The notes beneath the pieces were generated by a model. It had not been told where the DNA came from and made no database searches. It saw nothing but the letters and a program-made list of their open reading frames with translations. A stretch of 64,000 nt of DNA from Piromyces finnis finn. Taxonomy: Eukaryota > Fungi > Neocallimastigomycota. The number at the start of each line of letters is the position of its first letter. Within the stretch, counting starts at the first letter, position 1. Positions 12,208 to 26,496 of this stretch are shown piece after piece. The DNA is taken from NCBI GenBank assembly GCA_002104945.1, contig MCFH01000005.1, forward strand, positions 1,302,001-1,366,000. Reading direction: 5' to 3'. The translations under genes were made by a program, and so were the position numbers.

Positions 12208-13773
12208 TTACATTTGACACATTGAGTACCAATCATTTATATATTGACATTTACCTGTACAACATTTTGTTGAACCATTATAGTTTATACCACCACATTG
12301 ATACCAAAGATCAACACAATTATTATTTGAAACATTATTAGTGGTGCCACAAATTGATTCATTTATTCTACATGCTGTATTATTTTCCCATCCCCAAAGT
12401 GATTGATCACCACCAGTACCAGTAACAGTACATCCTTGACAGTACACTGGTGTATTATTATTATTATTATTATTAGAAGTACTACATTTTGATTCATTTA
12501 TTCTACATGCTGTATTATTTTCCCATCCCCAAAGTGATTGATCACCACCAGTACCAGTAACAGTACAACCTTGACAGTACACTGGGGTATCATTACTGTT
12601 AGTAGCTTCAGACTTTGTAGTAGTTGTAGTAGTATTATTTGTGGTGATGATTTCGCTTTTATTATCATTACTGTCATTAGTAATGTTAGAATTAATATTT
12701 GAAGACAAGTTTTTATACATAGTTCCAATTTCAGAGTCTTTAAAGGTTAAGGTACTACGATTGAAATATTGTCCATGATCCCAAACGATTGGGCATATTC
12801 CCAATTCTTTTGCATATTGAACCACGGTAGATAAATATTTATGAATACTATTTTTGTCTTTATTTTCAGCTGTGACACCATATTCACCTATAATAACTGG
12901 AATTCCGTTATTAACAAAACGAGTTTTTAATTTATTAAAGTCATTCTTTAGATTTTCAACATCAGAGGTTGTACCCCAGGAGAAGATAGGCTTTCCCCAT
13001 GATTCTTCTTTTTCAAGAAGAGTAAATGTTGATGGAGTATAGTAATGAACGGAAACCATAACACGATCATCCTTTGGAACAATATAAGCACTATCAACAG
13101 TTAAATCAATATCTGTACAATATCCAGCTAAAAGTAAATGTCTTTTGGTATTATTTCCTCCGGAATCACGAACTATATTAACAAAATCTTGATTAATAGT
13201 GTTTAAAAGATTATACGCTTTAGTTTTATTTCCAGAGTTAGAATAACGATTCCAAATACTATCCCAACAACCTTCTTCATTTAAAGATTCAAAAATTAGA
13301 TGTTCATCATACTCCACAAAATATTCTGTCAATTGCTGCCAAATTTTTTCATATTTATTAAATGCTTCTTTTTCAGAGGTAGCAAAATTATCAAACCAAC
13401 CACCATCATAATGAATATTCATAATAGCATACATATCGTTATTAATTACATAATTTACTACTTCTTCTACTCTCTTAAGAAGTTGTGGACTAATAATATA
13501 ATCAGAAGACATAAGGTTACTCCATGAAACAGGAATACGTACAGATTTAAAACCATAACTTTTTATAGTTTTGATCATAACTTCAGTGGTGACTGGATTA
13601 CCCCAAGCTGTTTCATAATCTTTCGTTGTTACACCATTAATCCAAGTACCATAGGATTCTAATGTATTTCCTAGATTCCAACCAAGGCCCATTTCTTTTA
13701 TAAGATGATTTGTGGTTATTGCAAAGGTTGTTCCAATATAACCTGCAACCCATAAACAGTTTAATATTTTCAT
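12208..13773 (-). CDS. GH5 endoglucanase (likely subfamily 4) with Thr/Asn linker, two dockerin/CBM10-like Cys repeats and C-terminal CBM1
   Basis: GWNLGNTLE, RIPVSW, acid/base ESLNEE, VSVHYY and nucleophile IIGEYG motifs. Repeats YCQGCTVTGTGGDQSLWGWENNTACRINES x2. CBM1 CVDLWYQCGGINYNGSTKCCTGKCQYINDWYSMC. Confidence 0.93.
   Translation of the reverse strand: MKILNCLWVAGYIGTTFAITTNHLIKEMGLGWNLGNTLESYGTWINGVTTKDYETAWGNPVTTEVMIKTIKSYGFKSVRIPVSWSNLMSSDYIISPQLLKRVEEVVNYVINNDMYAIMNIHYDGGWFDNFATSEKEAFNKYEKIWQQLTEYFVEYDEHLIFESLNEEGCWDSIWNRYSNSGNKTKAYNLLNTINQDFVNIVRDSGGNNTKRHLLLAGYCTDIDLTVDSAYIVPKDDRVMVSVHYYTPSTFTLLEKEESWGKPIFSWGTTSDVENLKNDFNKLKTRFVNNGIPVIIGEYGVTAENKDKNSIHKYLSTVVQYAKELGICPIVWDHGQYFNRSTLTFKDSEIGTMYKNLSSNINSNITNDSNDNKSEIITTNNTTTTTTKSEATNSNDTPVYCQGCTVTGTGGDQSLWGWENNTACRINESKCSTSNNNNNNNTPVYCQGCTVTGTGGDQSLWGWENNTACRINESICGTTNNVSNNNCVDLWYQCGGINYNGSTKCCTGKCQYINDWYSMCQM
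12361..12592 (-). repeat. Two near-identical ~95-bp tandem copies encoding the dockerin-like modules of the GH5
   Basis: ATTCATTTATTCTACATGCTGTATTATTTTCCCATCCCCAAAGTGATTGATCACCACCAGTACCAGTAACAGTACA(T/A)CCTTGACAGTACACTGG occurs at ~12357-12450 and ~12492-12585, with one visible mismatch. Confidence 0.85.
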
Positions 13774-15832
13774 TATAATTATATTTTAATGAACTATAAA
13801 AAATAAATTATTTTTAAAAATAAAATTGAAATTATTCAGTACTCTTTTTTTTTTTTTTTAAAAGGCCAATAACCATTAAATATATATATATATTGAAACA
13901 TCAATACATTAAAATTTTGTTATTTTTTTATTAATGAATAGAATAAAAATACAAAGTAGTTAACACTTTAATTAACAACACCATTTCTTTTAATTCTTTT
14001 TATTTATCTAAAAATAAAATGAAAATTAGTTAATGAATGTTACACGAATTAATTATATAAAGATTTATAAATTTAAATATTATAATTTAAATTGCATTTA
14101 AATATTAATTACAATTTAATAAATATTAATTATAAATATTTTATTTAATTATCATTTTTATTATTTTTATTGTCTTTTTATGTTTTTTGAACTAAAAAAA
14201 CTTAAAAAAAAAAAGTAATAAGACAAATGTATTATCATTGTCATTATATTGTATAATAAAATTTTATATAATATTAAAAACGATGTTACAATATAAAAAA
14301 ATTTATACGCACTGGATATCACCATTTTTTTTTTTAAATTAATTTAAAAAAAAAAAGGCTCAAAAAGAAATTAAGGTTTAACATAAAAAGGATTATAAAA
14401 TATTTATTATTTTTGTTTGACTGTATTTTTATTATAAAAGTTAAATCCTATTATTAACAATAAAAAACAACACAAAAAGTTAAAATTATAATATTTTAAA
14501 GTTTTATAAGAATTTGTAAATTTAAATTTTATCATTTAAAACTACACATCAATAGAACATCAGTAATGCTTTAAAATGAATATATATTTTAATATTCATT
14601 TTTTTTTTTTTTTAGTTTTTTGTTTAAAACATTCTTGAATTCTTATTATAATAATAAAAAGTTAATCTATTTAAATAGTTGAATGTCATATATCATTTAG
14701 TATAATAATGGTTTTTATATGTAATAAACAGACAAATAAATTAATAAAGTTACTTTTCTTCTATTATTAATTGTTGAAAGTATCCAGTTTGAATTTGTGG
14801 AATAATAGCAATAATAGTCTTATATTTTATTTAATGAATAATGAATTTTTTTATATTTCTGATGAAATTTCAAAAATTATTTACAATAAATATTATAATA
14901 TTATCTTTATAATTATTTTTTAATATAAAAAAAAATAATAAACAAAAAGTTTAATCAATATTATAGTTAATTAGTTGTTAATATTAGAATTAATATAGAA
15001 ATATAAAGTAAAAATTATATAAAAGTAAAATTCAAAACTGTAATATTTTTTAAATTTTATATAATATTTCTTTTTTTTTTTTTTTTCTTTTTTAAAATTA
15101 ATATATATATATATATATTTCTGATTATTTATTAGAATATTATATTTTATTAAATATTATTATAATCCAAATACTATTATCTTTATGGTATAAACAAGAT
15201 AATTAGAAAAGTATTAAGTATAGTAAAACCTTAATACTATAAAGATTTTTTTTTTTTTTTTTTTAAAAAATAATATTATATTGGAATATTAATTTTAAAT
15301 GATATTGTAAATATAAATAATATTGCATTTATTTATTTTTTTTTCTTTTCTATTATAATTAGAATTAATGATATTTATTTAATAATAATAAAGTAAGAAA
15401 TTTCATTCAGAAAATATTTTAGTTTTTATTATTGATTAATGAGGAAATTTATTATTATATAAAAAAGAAATGATAGAAATATATTTTCTTTTGAAAAGGT
15501 AAAAAAGTAAATGCAATATTGATAATATTGATTTTATTTATAGTAGTTATGATATATATAATTAAAAATGAACTTTATAATATTGATATATATTAACCAA
15601 CTTTTGTGAAAAATATTAAACTTAATTTAGCTTAATTTTCTATTTAAAAATTATAAGACCTAAACCTTAAAATTGTAATATAATAAAGATTCTATATTAT
15701 TTACAGTTTACAGTTTATAGTAATTTTATCAATAATAAAAATAAATAAAAAATAACAATAAAAAAAATATTAATTATTGTTATTGATGCTATGAAATTCT
15801 TTTTCTTTTTATGATTAAAATTTCATTCTAAA

Positions 15833-18588
15833 ATGATTCTACCATCGTATATTAAACATATCAAGATAATATTGAATATATTATATATATTTTTGTTTAC
15901 AAATATTGGTATGAATTTTTATGCTTTTTTTCAATATTTATTTTTGAATTAATTAAATAATACCTATAATGAAAATATATTATATATATGTTTATTTTTA
16001 TAGTAAAAGCAGATAATATTATTACTGTTAGTGCGATTACATTTTCATATCAAGGGGAAGACAATATATATTCAATATTAGCAAGAGATTTCAATAGATA
16101 TGCAAAGAACAACAATATAAATATAAGACTTGATTTAAATTTGATTACTTCAGCAAATTCAACATTAGTAGCTAATGATTATGGATTAGCAGTTGATACT
16201 CTTCTCTCAAAAAAATCCGATAAATATGATATTTATTTTTATAATAATATATATACGGAAAAATTGGCAAAACATTTCATTGACTTAAAAAAGAGTTTAC
16301 CAAAGGAACATATGGATATGTATGACTCCCAATTAAATAAAGATATATGTGTTGCAGGTGATAAATGGGCTAGTCTTGTAAGCTTTTTTTTTATTTATTA
16401 TTATGGAAATAAAATTTATTATAAAGAGAAAATAAATAACGTTTTTTTTTTTCATATATTATTTATATTAATTTTTATAATAAGCCGATTAAAATTGATT
16501 TTACATCTTTATATTCTAATGTGGCACTTTTAGCAAAGTATAACAGAACTATACCTAAAACATGGGATGAATTAGAAGAAACTGGTAAAATAGTTTTAGA
16601 AAATGAAAAAGATGATGAAGAAGAAAAATTATGCATTTTTAATGGATCATTAAATTGTATTTAAGATTTTTTTTTTAATTTTTTATATTTTGCATTATAT
16701 TTTAGTTTTTATTAAAAAAATAACTTATGTTAAATAAAATATTAATAGTTTCAGAAATTGGTACTTGTTCCATATTAGAATTTATCCATTCCTATAGAGA
16801 ATCAATAAATTCCCCATATCCAGGTTTAGCAAGTGACGAGGCAGTAAAGGCATTAGAAAAAATTAAAGAAATTAAAAATACGATTTCTTCTGGTATATAT
16901 AGTCCTATAGTAAAATTAAATAAATAAAAAAAGTAAAAATTAACATCATATATACTATTATATATTTATTATTCAATATGAATATAAATAATTAATAAAT
17001 CGTGATCATAATATTAATTATGTAATTCTATGAAATGATGATATTAAAAGACGAAGTTTTCCAGAATATTGATTATTTTGTAATTAATAAATTATATGGT
17101 AATAGAGCATTATTTCTAAAGTATTGGTATTATGACTATCCCCCAATATATAAAAGAACATTAATACCTGGTCGAACTAATCAAACCTCTGCTGCGTGTA
17201 TAGGAGGATTTAATGTTGCAGCAAGTATTTATTCTAGCCAAGTTAAACAACAAGCTGCCTTAAAAGTTATTGAGTATATCACATCCAAAGATGTTCATTT
17301 AAAATATGTTAAGAAATATGATTATTTAACAGGAATTGCCGATGTATATAATGACGAGGAAGTTTGTAGTTATATTGATTGTGATATGTACAAAAAAATC
17401 CAACCAGTTATTCGACCAACTAAAGAATCTGAAGATTATGATAAGTATTCAACAGAATTTAAAAATAAAATTTATGAGTATTTATATGGAAATTTGACAG
17501 CAAAAGAAGCATTACAAAATGCATTAGATCTTTCAAAAATATATTCTGTAGGTATATCAGATGATTCAATTGGATTAACATTTTATATCATCTTATGGAT
17601 CATTATTGCTATAATAGTTTGTTCATCCGTATTTATTTTCATTCCACCATTAAAACCATATATAAAATTTTTACCAAAGGATTTCTGGATTATATCCATA
17701 ATAGGAATAATCATGATGCATTGTGTTGGTTTTGCAGAATTTGGAGAAATGACCACATTAAAATGCTATTATCGTGTGATATTAATGTCATTTGGATTCA
17801 CTCTTTCATTTATACCACCTTTATATAAGTTAATTATTTCTTTCCCAGAAGAAAATAAGGTATCTAAATGGATTGAAAATCATCGTTATATATTCCTTTT
17901 AATATTTCTTTGCGTTGATGTGGGTATGAATTTATTATTGAACTTCTATCCTTATAAAATCAAGTTCATAAGAATAGTTGATGGACAAAATTTCCAATAT
18001 TGTGATTCTGGAAATTCTTTAAATAAAGTTATTATATTTTCATTATGTGCATTTAAAGCTTTAATCTTTTTAAGCTTTTTCCTTTTAATATTTTTAGAAT
18101 GGAGTTTAAAGAATATATATTACGATATTAGATTTTTAATCACTGCACTTTATATTGATTTAATTGATATTATATTATTAGTTATGGTGACCTATTTAAA
18201 TATCAATAATTATAAAGTAAATTTTGTTATACGATTAATAATATGCATTCTTTATTCCATCTCAACATTTGTATTCTTATATGGTTATAGAATTATTCAT
18301 TATTTATTAAGTAATAGATTTAATAGAAACTCATCCGAAGAAAATATGAATAATTTGATTCATAATTTAAGAAAATTTAACGACAATAAAGCTTATTCAA
18401 CTTCAGATGCTAACACTATCAACAATAAATCATTTGCTACTAATAGTACTAATACTAAAGGTACTTCAAAGATAATAAGTAAAGTGTTAAGTTATCATAA
18501 TGCTCAAGGAATAAATCAAGGAACAAGTCAGAATACGCATTCATCAGTTTGTTATGCAAGTAAAAGTGTTGAAAGTGATACTTTATAG
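15833..18588 (+). CDS. Class-C-like 7TM receptor with N-terminal periplasmic solute-binding-protein (PBP type II) domain
   Basis: Manual exon 1 at 15833-15908 (MILPSYIKHIKIILNILYIFLFTNIG) splices GT..AG to 16004 (VKADNIITVSAITF). SBP-like motifs KKSDKYDIYFYNNIYTEKLAKHFIDLKKSLPKEH and SAACIGGFNVAASIYS. The last exon 17035-18588 carries about 7 hydrophobic segments with CYYR and CDS cysteines. Confidence 0.85.
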
Positions 18589-21500
18589 ATTACCACCTCT
18601 CCTCTAACTTTATAAAATAATAAGTACCAATAAATTATATATAAAATTTTCATTTTCATACTTATAAATAAATCAAAATTTTATCCTCTGAAATTAAAAA
18701 AATAATGACTGTAAAGACAATAGAATATACACTTATAAATTATAAATATAACAATGTAGAAATATATATTAAATCATTTTTAAAATTTTTATTATAAATG
18801 TAATATAAGAAATATATTTAATCATTTTAAAATAAAAATCGATATAAATTATTTGACAATTGTGTGTTATTCTTTTTTTGTTATTATTATTATTATAATA
18901 ATAGACATAATTATTTGTATTATATTTTAAATAAGCATTAAAAATAATATTGGTAATTTTTTTTTAAAAATAGTTATATTTAAATATATATTTGTATCTA
19001 TGTATATATTATTTATATAATTTTAATTTTTAAAAATACTTTTATAAATAAGTTTATAATATTCTTTAAAAATATAATTTACAATGGTTTTTATGTATGT
19101 TTTATTTAAAAATGAGTATATTATTAATAATAAAAATTTAAATTAATAATATATAATTTATAATTTCTTTGATTATAAATTATAAAAGAATATTCATTAA
19201 TGATAATTTTTACTTTATTATAGAAAAAAAAAAAAAAAATCCACGATAAAGTTATAGAACTTTTTTTTCCAAAATCTTATAAACTTTTTTAAACCATACT
19301 TATTTTGTTTTCGTAAACATTACCATTTTTATTATGATGTGTACTAAGCAATAGTTTATTGTATTTATTTAGAGTTTAAATTATAAATTGTTGTTGTTTA
19401 GTTCTTATATATTTAACTTTAAACTATTAATAACTACTATAAATTATTGCTTAGTACTTTAGTTATTAATAATTGATAGGGTTCAATTATAAAAAATACA
19501 TTTATAAATTTATTTTAAGAGGATTTTTGTATTTACTTTTTAATAATCTTTTAATATTCCTTTTTACTATTTTATGAATTAGTGTTAAGCTCTCCCTTTT
19601 TAATGAAATATTTTTCTACTATTTCTACCTATTTAAAGATTATCATTTCTCCTATTATAACAATATATGACTTTTACTGTATGATATACATTAATAATAA
19701 CATTATAGATATGGAATTAATAAGAGGTTAATAATTTTCCTATTTCTAATAAATGATATAAAAATACATTTTTTTATATATGCTAAAATTTTAAACTTAA
19801 TTATTGGCTATTTCTAGTGTTTCCTACATTTACAATACAGTATATAAATGTATACATCATATGTTTAGATCTTATGCACTATTATTATTATATTTTTTTA
19901 TTTAAATCTTATTATTTAATATTTCATACAGAATTTAATTTTACATCATGTATTAATATATCATTAAATTTTTGTTCAGACATGACCAGCGATTGAAAAA
20001 ATGTATTAAGAGTTGTTTAATTTAGGTTTATAATTATGTCAACTTTATTAATATATTTTATGATAAAGAACTACTTGCGTTACATTCTTCTCAAACTACA
20101 TGTATTTATACATTTACATTGTGGCTTAAACATATAATCAAATACAATATATACAAATACGTTTTAATACATTTCAATACATTTGAATACATGTGACATA
20201 ACGTTTCACATATTCTAACAAAATGGTTACATTTTATTAAATACTATAGAGAATAAAAGAATATTCTAATTGGTGGTATTATTATAATATGTCAACATCA
20301 ACTATGAAACAAAATTTGAAATCTGTCACTAAACTATTTATTTAATTAGTCATTATTTTTAGTCAAACTATGTACCTATTAATTTCAGAGGAAAGCTGTA
20401 AAATAGGTTTTTAAAATAATCATTTTTTTTTTTTATTTTTTCTACTAAAGAATAACTATAGTCATTTATATGTTATTTTTCATCCATTACTATGTATTTT
20501 AAACTTTACATATTTTACTTAATAATTAAAAAATATAGATTTTCATTTATAACATATTGAAAGTAAATTTTTATTAATATTTATGTTTATGTATAAAATA
20601 AAAGGAGATACTATTGAAAACAGATGATGATAATATTATAAAATACCTTTTTTTTAATGATGAATAAAATAAAAAATAATGGTATATATACAATAAACAT
20701 CAGAAAAGGATTTATTTTTAATATATAATAAAAAATGAAATTAGAAAATCTAATAAAGGAATAAATATATATTTTAATGATGATTTAGAAAAGATTCTTG
20801 TTTTTGGAGGGGGCAGATCCAGGTAATAAGAATGCAAAATTATGGGTATAATTTCTAATTATTATGAAAAAATAAACATAAAAATTAGGGATAGCAACTT
20901 TTTCTTAATATTAATGAGCAATTAATCCAAAATGTTAAAAAGGATCAAAATAAAAAAGTAATAAAAGGATCTCAATTTTTTATAATCATCTTAATTGAAT
21001 TGTAAACTTCTTTTTTATATAAAATAAAGTTATAAAAATTAATTTATTTTTTAATTTAAAATTTAATATTGTTGATAATTAAAAGAAAAAAACAATAATA
21101 ATTATAAATTATATAGTTATTAGTCACCTGATTAATATCATTATTTTTAATAATTATACATTTTATTAACATTTTATTAATTATTGAAAAATAGAATATT
21201 TTATTTTATAGATTGAGTGTATCTTCACATTAACATTAATATTTTATAATTACTTTATTATCAATTCAAAAATTGCAATTAAAATCAATTTAACAAATTT
21301 TAGAATAATTTAATAGTTAGGAAATGAGTATACAAGTTTCGCTGACACTATTATATTAACTACTTATTTAAATCTTTGAATAAATAGTATTATATCAATA
21401 TTTTAATTATAAAAATAGTTAGTAAAGCCAAAGAAATACTATGTTTTGTTCTCGATTATTTTAAATCGTGTAATAAATCTAAAAAAAATTAATCCTATTT

Positions 21501-21859
21501 AATACATTATAAGTAATAACTTATATGACAATAAAAAATTTTTAAATTAAAATACAAAAAAAGTAAATGTTTTTTTTTTTTTTAAAAAAAATATAATTAT
21601 AGTTTTATAGTGTTTATATTCATCAATTTCATAATGTAATTAATTTATGTTATTTTTATATAGAAAGAATTTAACTTTAAATAATGTATGTTTTATTAAT
21701 ATCTTTATTTATTACGTTCCAATATTTCTATTCTGTCTAAATACTAAAACGTTAATTCAATCGTTGTTAACTATTAAACTTTTACTAAAAACAAGAAGCC
21801 TCCTTAACAATAATTATTCCTAAGTCTATTCTAATAAAGCTTAATAACTAATTGTCCAA

Positions 21860-21868
21860 TGATAAGGC
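21860..21868 (+). promoter_or_regulatory. TGATAAGGC (GATA-type) motif upstream of LRR copy 1; also at 28064-28072 (copy 2) and 37848-37856 (copy 4)
   Basis: The identical 9-mer lies ~0.7-1.15 kb upstream of each of the three full-length LRR paralogs. Function is inferred only. Confidence 0.4.
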
Positions 21869-22669
21869 GGGAATTATATGGATTATACATCTACATAACT
21901 CTTTTACATTACATGTTCTTACATTTGCTATACATTTACATATATGCTCTTATACATTGTAGAAATGTAGAAATAATTAATTAATATAAATTCATATTAT
22001 TTAAATATTAATTGTCTCTTAGTAAAAATTATTGTTGATGTTTAAGATATTATTTAATTATATATATTAATAATTTTTATAAATAGCTATAATATTTACA
22101 AACTTCCTTTTTCTTAAGTACTTTCCTACCTATTTCTTATAATATGAAAGTTAGCTTATGCTCATTTAAATGAGTAAAAAAAACTATAAAAATTATAAAA
22201 ATTGCTGAAATGAATTTCTTTTTCATTTAAATTAAAATTGGAAACAAATTCTAGTTTAATATAAATTAAAGTTTAAAATATTAATTTATTTTTAATTTAA
22301 ATAATTTAAATATTTTTTAAAATTCCACAAATTAAATGCTTTAAATTTGAATATAATATTATGGTTAATTTTATGAAATAAAGCTTTGTTTATGGCAAAT
22401 CATTCATTTATTAATATTGTTCATAATAATATGATTTAATTTATTTTATTATATCTAAAGCTTATTTAATATTGTTTTTATGAATATATTAATTATAAAT
22501 TATAATAGAAATATATAATACAATTTATAATAAATAAACAAAATTTATATATATATAAATACACAAGCAAAAAAAAAGAAACTAAATAAATAAAAAATAA
22601 ATAAAAAATAAAATCATTATAATTATATAATTAGAAAAAAAAAAAAAAAAAGATATTGAATATAAAAAC

Positions 22670-25600
22670 ATGAATATTAAGTTTTTACTAAAGAACCTTG
22701 GATTAGGGTTGTTAATAGCTTCTGTTCAAAGGGCAGATGCATTAAATTGTAAAGAAATAGAAAGCACTCTTTCAGGATTTGAAATAGAAGAATGTGTTGA
22801 AAATGAAAACAATGAAATTATTAAATTGTAAGAAGAAATAAAAATTAACAAAATAAATAGGTAAAAGTATGAATAAATGAAGAAAAATTCTTATTTTATA
22901 ATATTTAATAAATGACAGTAAAACAGCAGGTCTTCTTACTGAAGAAGTAATTAATAATATAAGTACATTGGATAAACTTGAAGATTTGTAAGCTTTACTT
23001 TAAATAATTTATTTATTTTATATATAAATATTATATAATAATAATAATAATAATAATTATTAATAAAATAATAATATCAATATTTTATATATTAATAAAA
23101 ATATATTATAAAAAAATATATTATAAAAATTAAAAAAAAAAAAATACATAATAAAAAACAATTTTATATTCAAATAGAAATATATATCATGACAGTTACC
23201 AAGATAACTTTGATTTAACACCTTTCGAAAGTCTTGAAAATCTTAAATCATTGTAAAAGTTTTATTTAATAGAAATAATGAAATATTTTATTATTTAATT
23301 ATTAAAATTTGTTAACATACTTTTATTTTATATTTCCATTATATATAATATATAATATAATATAGTTCAATAGATTGTTATAGAAACCCTAAGCATAGAT
23401 ATCATGGAAGTGAAATTAAAGAAAATTCATTTAAAATGAAAAACTTGGAGAAATTGTAATACTTTATTTAATACTTTATTTTTATTAAAGTTCAATATTA
23501 AATATTATTATTAATATATTTTATTTTTATATATATGTTTTTTTAAATTAACCAGATATTTATATGGATGTGATGTTATGGGAGAAGATCCTTTATCTAA
23601 CTTAACTAATCTTAAAGAATTGTAAATATATAAATAATTATTATTTTTGTATTTACAATAAATGAAATAATCTATTTTTTTTAAAGAATTATTTATTTAA
23701 AATTATTTTTAAAGAGTTGTATTAAATGATTATATTACTAAAATTAATAAATACTAATTTTTAATTTTATTTTTTTGTTTATAATCATAATTAAAACTGT
23801 ATAGAACAATTGAAATACAGAGAGGACAAGAATTACTTAACTTATCCCATATTAATAATTTAAAAAATCTCACCTCATTGTAAATTTAAATTGTTATTAT
23901 AAATATTATTATATTATTTTAAAGATGTTAGAAATTGTTTTATATAATTATTAATTTATTTTAAAAAATATATATAAATATAGATATCTCGATAATTATT
24001 ATTCTTCAACAAGAAGATATATAGTAACTGACTTTAAAGGATTAAATAATTTAAAGATATTGTACGTATACTATTATTTAATAATCAATAATAATAAAAA
24101 TAATTTAAAAATATTTAATATTATGATTAAACTCAATACTTTAAATTATGTTTTATAAAAAAATAATAGATCAATTGGTCCATATTATGTAAATAAAGAC
24201 GATATTGAAGAAATCTCTACTTTAGAAAGTCTTGAAGAATTGTAATTATTAAATATAAAAATATTAAAAATTAAATTTATACACCATATTAATATGAAAT
24301 ATTATCAATTATAATAAATAAATAAATAAATATAAATATATATATATATAAAGATATTTAATAAACTGTAGATTTGATGAAGGAACTGATTTGAATTTGC
24401 TTAAAAATCTTAAAAATACTTTAAAAATCTTGTAATTATTATTTTAAATAATATATACTAATTAAGATATATAATTTATATTGAATATATATATATTTAT
24501 TTTTTATATTTAAATATAAAAACTAAATATTAATATTATAATATTTAATATTATAATTAAAATATAGAAATTTAAGTAGTAATAAATTGGTTGAAATTCC
24601 AGAAACAATAAAAGAATTAAAGAACTTAAAAATTTTGTATGATTTTATTATTATTTAGTATTTAGTATTTAGTTACCTTATTATTTTTAAAAAAAACAAT
24701 CAAGTATTCACTATATTTTTTTTTTTATAATTAATATAATATAATAATATAGGAATTTATCACATAATGATATTAAAGAATTTCCAGAATCTTTAAACGA
24801 ATTAACAAATCTTGAAGATATGTATGTATTTAAAAAATCCAATAATTTTAATTATTCTTTATGCTTATTAATTTAATTCTTATTTTTAAATATTTATAAA
24901 AGCAATATTTCTTATAATGAAAATCTTGTTGGAAAAACTTTAACCAACGATAATATTAAAAATTGCGAATATTCTAATACTAAATTATGTATAGCTGAAG
25001 AAACCAGTTGTATAAAATCTACTTCTAATGATTTAAGTATATGCGAACCAGAACCAGAACCAGAACCAGAACCACAAAATGGATGCGAAGAAATTGATTT
25101 ATTTTTAAAAAAGAACAATATTGAAATGGAAACATCTTGTTATGCAATCAATAAAGAAGTTGCAGCAATGTAATTTTATAATATAAAAAATATTAAAATT
25201 AACATTAATATTATTAATAATAATTTATAAATTTAAATAATTTATATTTAATTAGATCTATTAATGAACAAATTGTTACTGAAGAAGCTCTTGATAAGAT
25301 ATTATCATATGATACTATAGAAGAATTGTAAATATATATTATTTATTAACAATATAATATCGTTATTATAATTAGCTTTGTAATAATTCATTAATATAAA
25401 TTTTATAATTTAAAAAAAAAAAAATCTATTAGAATTGTTGATATTGATGGATCTAAAAAGGCCATTGAAAAAATTGGTGAAAGATTATCAAATCTTGAAT
25501 ATTTGTAATTATTATATATATAAATATATACATTTAAATATGAATTTACTAGAAAAATATTTAAATAATATACTAACAAGTAAATGCATAAAACATTTTA

Positions 25601-26451
25601 AATATTGTATTTAGAGAGATCAATATTATAAAAAAAGATGCATCATTGGATTTTACACCATTAAAAAATCTTGGATATCTTAGTGAATTGTAATTATTTT
25701 CTCAATTCAAAATATAATAAAATATTAAACAAATTATAACATATTATTTCATTTATAAACTAATTTAATACTATTTTACTACTAATAAAAATGTTAACTA
25801 AAAGAGTAATTACTGGGTATAAATCTAAATCATTAGCCAGTATCACTAATCATTCATTGAAAGATTTAACACATTTAGAATATTTGTAATTGCTCAATTA
25901 TAGTATATTATTTTATTAAAGTATAAAGTAAAATAACAAATTAATTATTTTATATATTTTAATATGATAAAAAAAAACAGAAAATTAGATTCTATAAAAA
26001 TTAATCAAAATAATTTAGATGACATTAGCAAATTAACCAACCTTATGACTTTGTAAGCTTGAAATAATAAAGAATAGATAAATAATAGTTTACTTTAAAA
26101 TTTTCCAAAAAATAAAAAAATTAAATATTTCAAATTTTTATTTGTTATTATTACGTTTATTAAAATAATTTATTTTTAGAATTTTCGTTGAATGTCATTA
26201 TCCAACAAGTTTAGATTTCAGTCCACTAAAAACACTTCAAAATCTTGCTAATTTGTAAATATTTATAAAACATTAAATTAATATTTTTTATATATTTAAA
26301 AAATAGTACATAGTTACAACAATTAATTATATAATATATATGCCTATGTAAAAACGGATAAATAGAGAATTTGATGGCTATTACAAAAACAAAACTCCAC
26401 TTTATGAAATTCCAAGTTTTGTTTTCAAATTGACAAAATTGAAACAATTGT

Positions 26452-26496
<45 letters not shown>

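Noticed and set aside
20780-20960. GGAGGGGGCAGATCCAGG as a MITE terminal repeat or degenerate exon (LFLEGADPGNKNAKLW)
   Set aside because: No matching inverted partner or TSD was found, and all frames are interrupted by stops.
24912-25118. Duplicated minus-strand ORF with GSGSGSGS (also 31461-31667)
   Set aside because: It is the antisense shadow of the EPEPEP linker exon of the plus-strand LRR genes.
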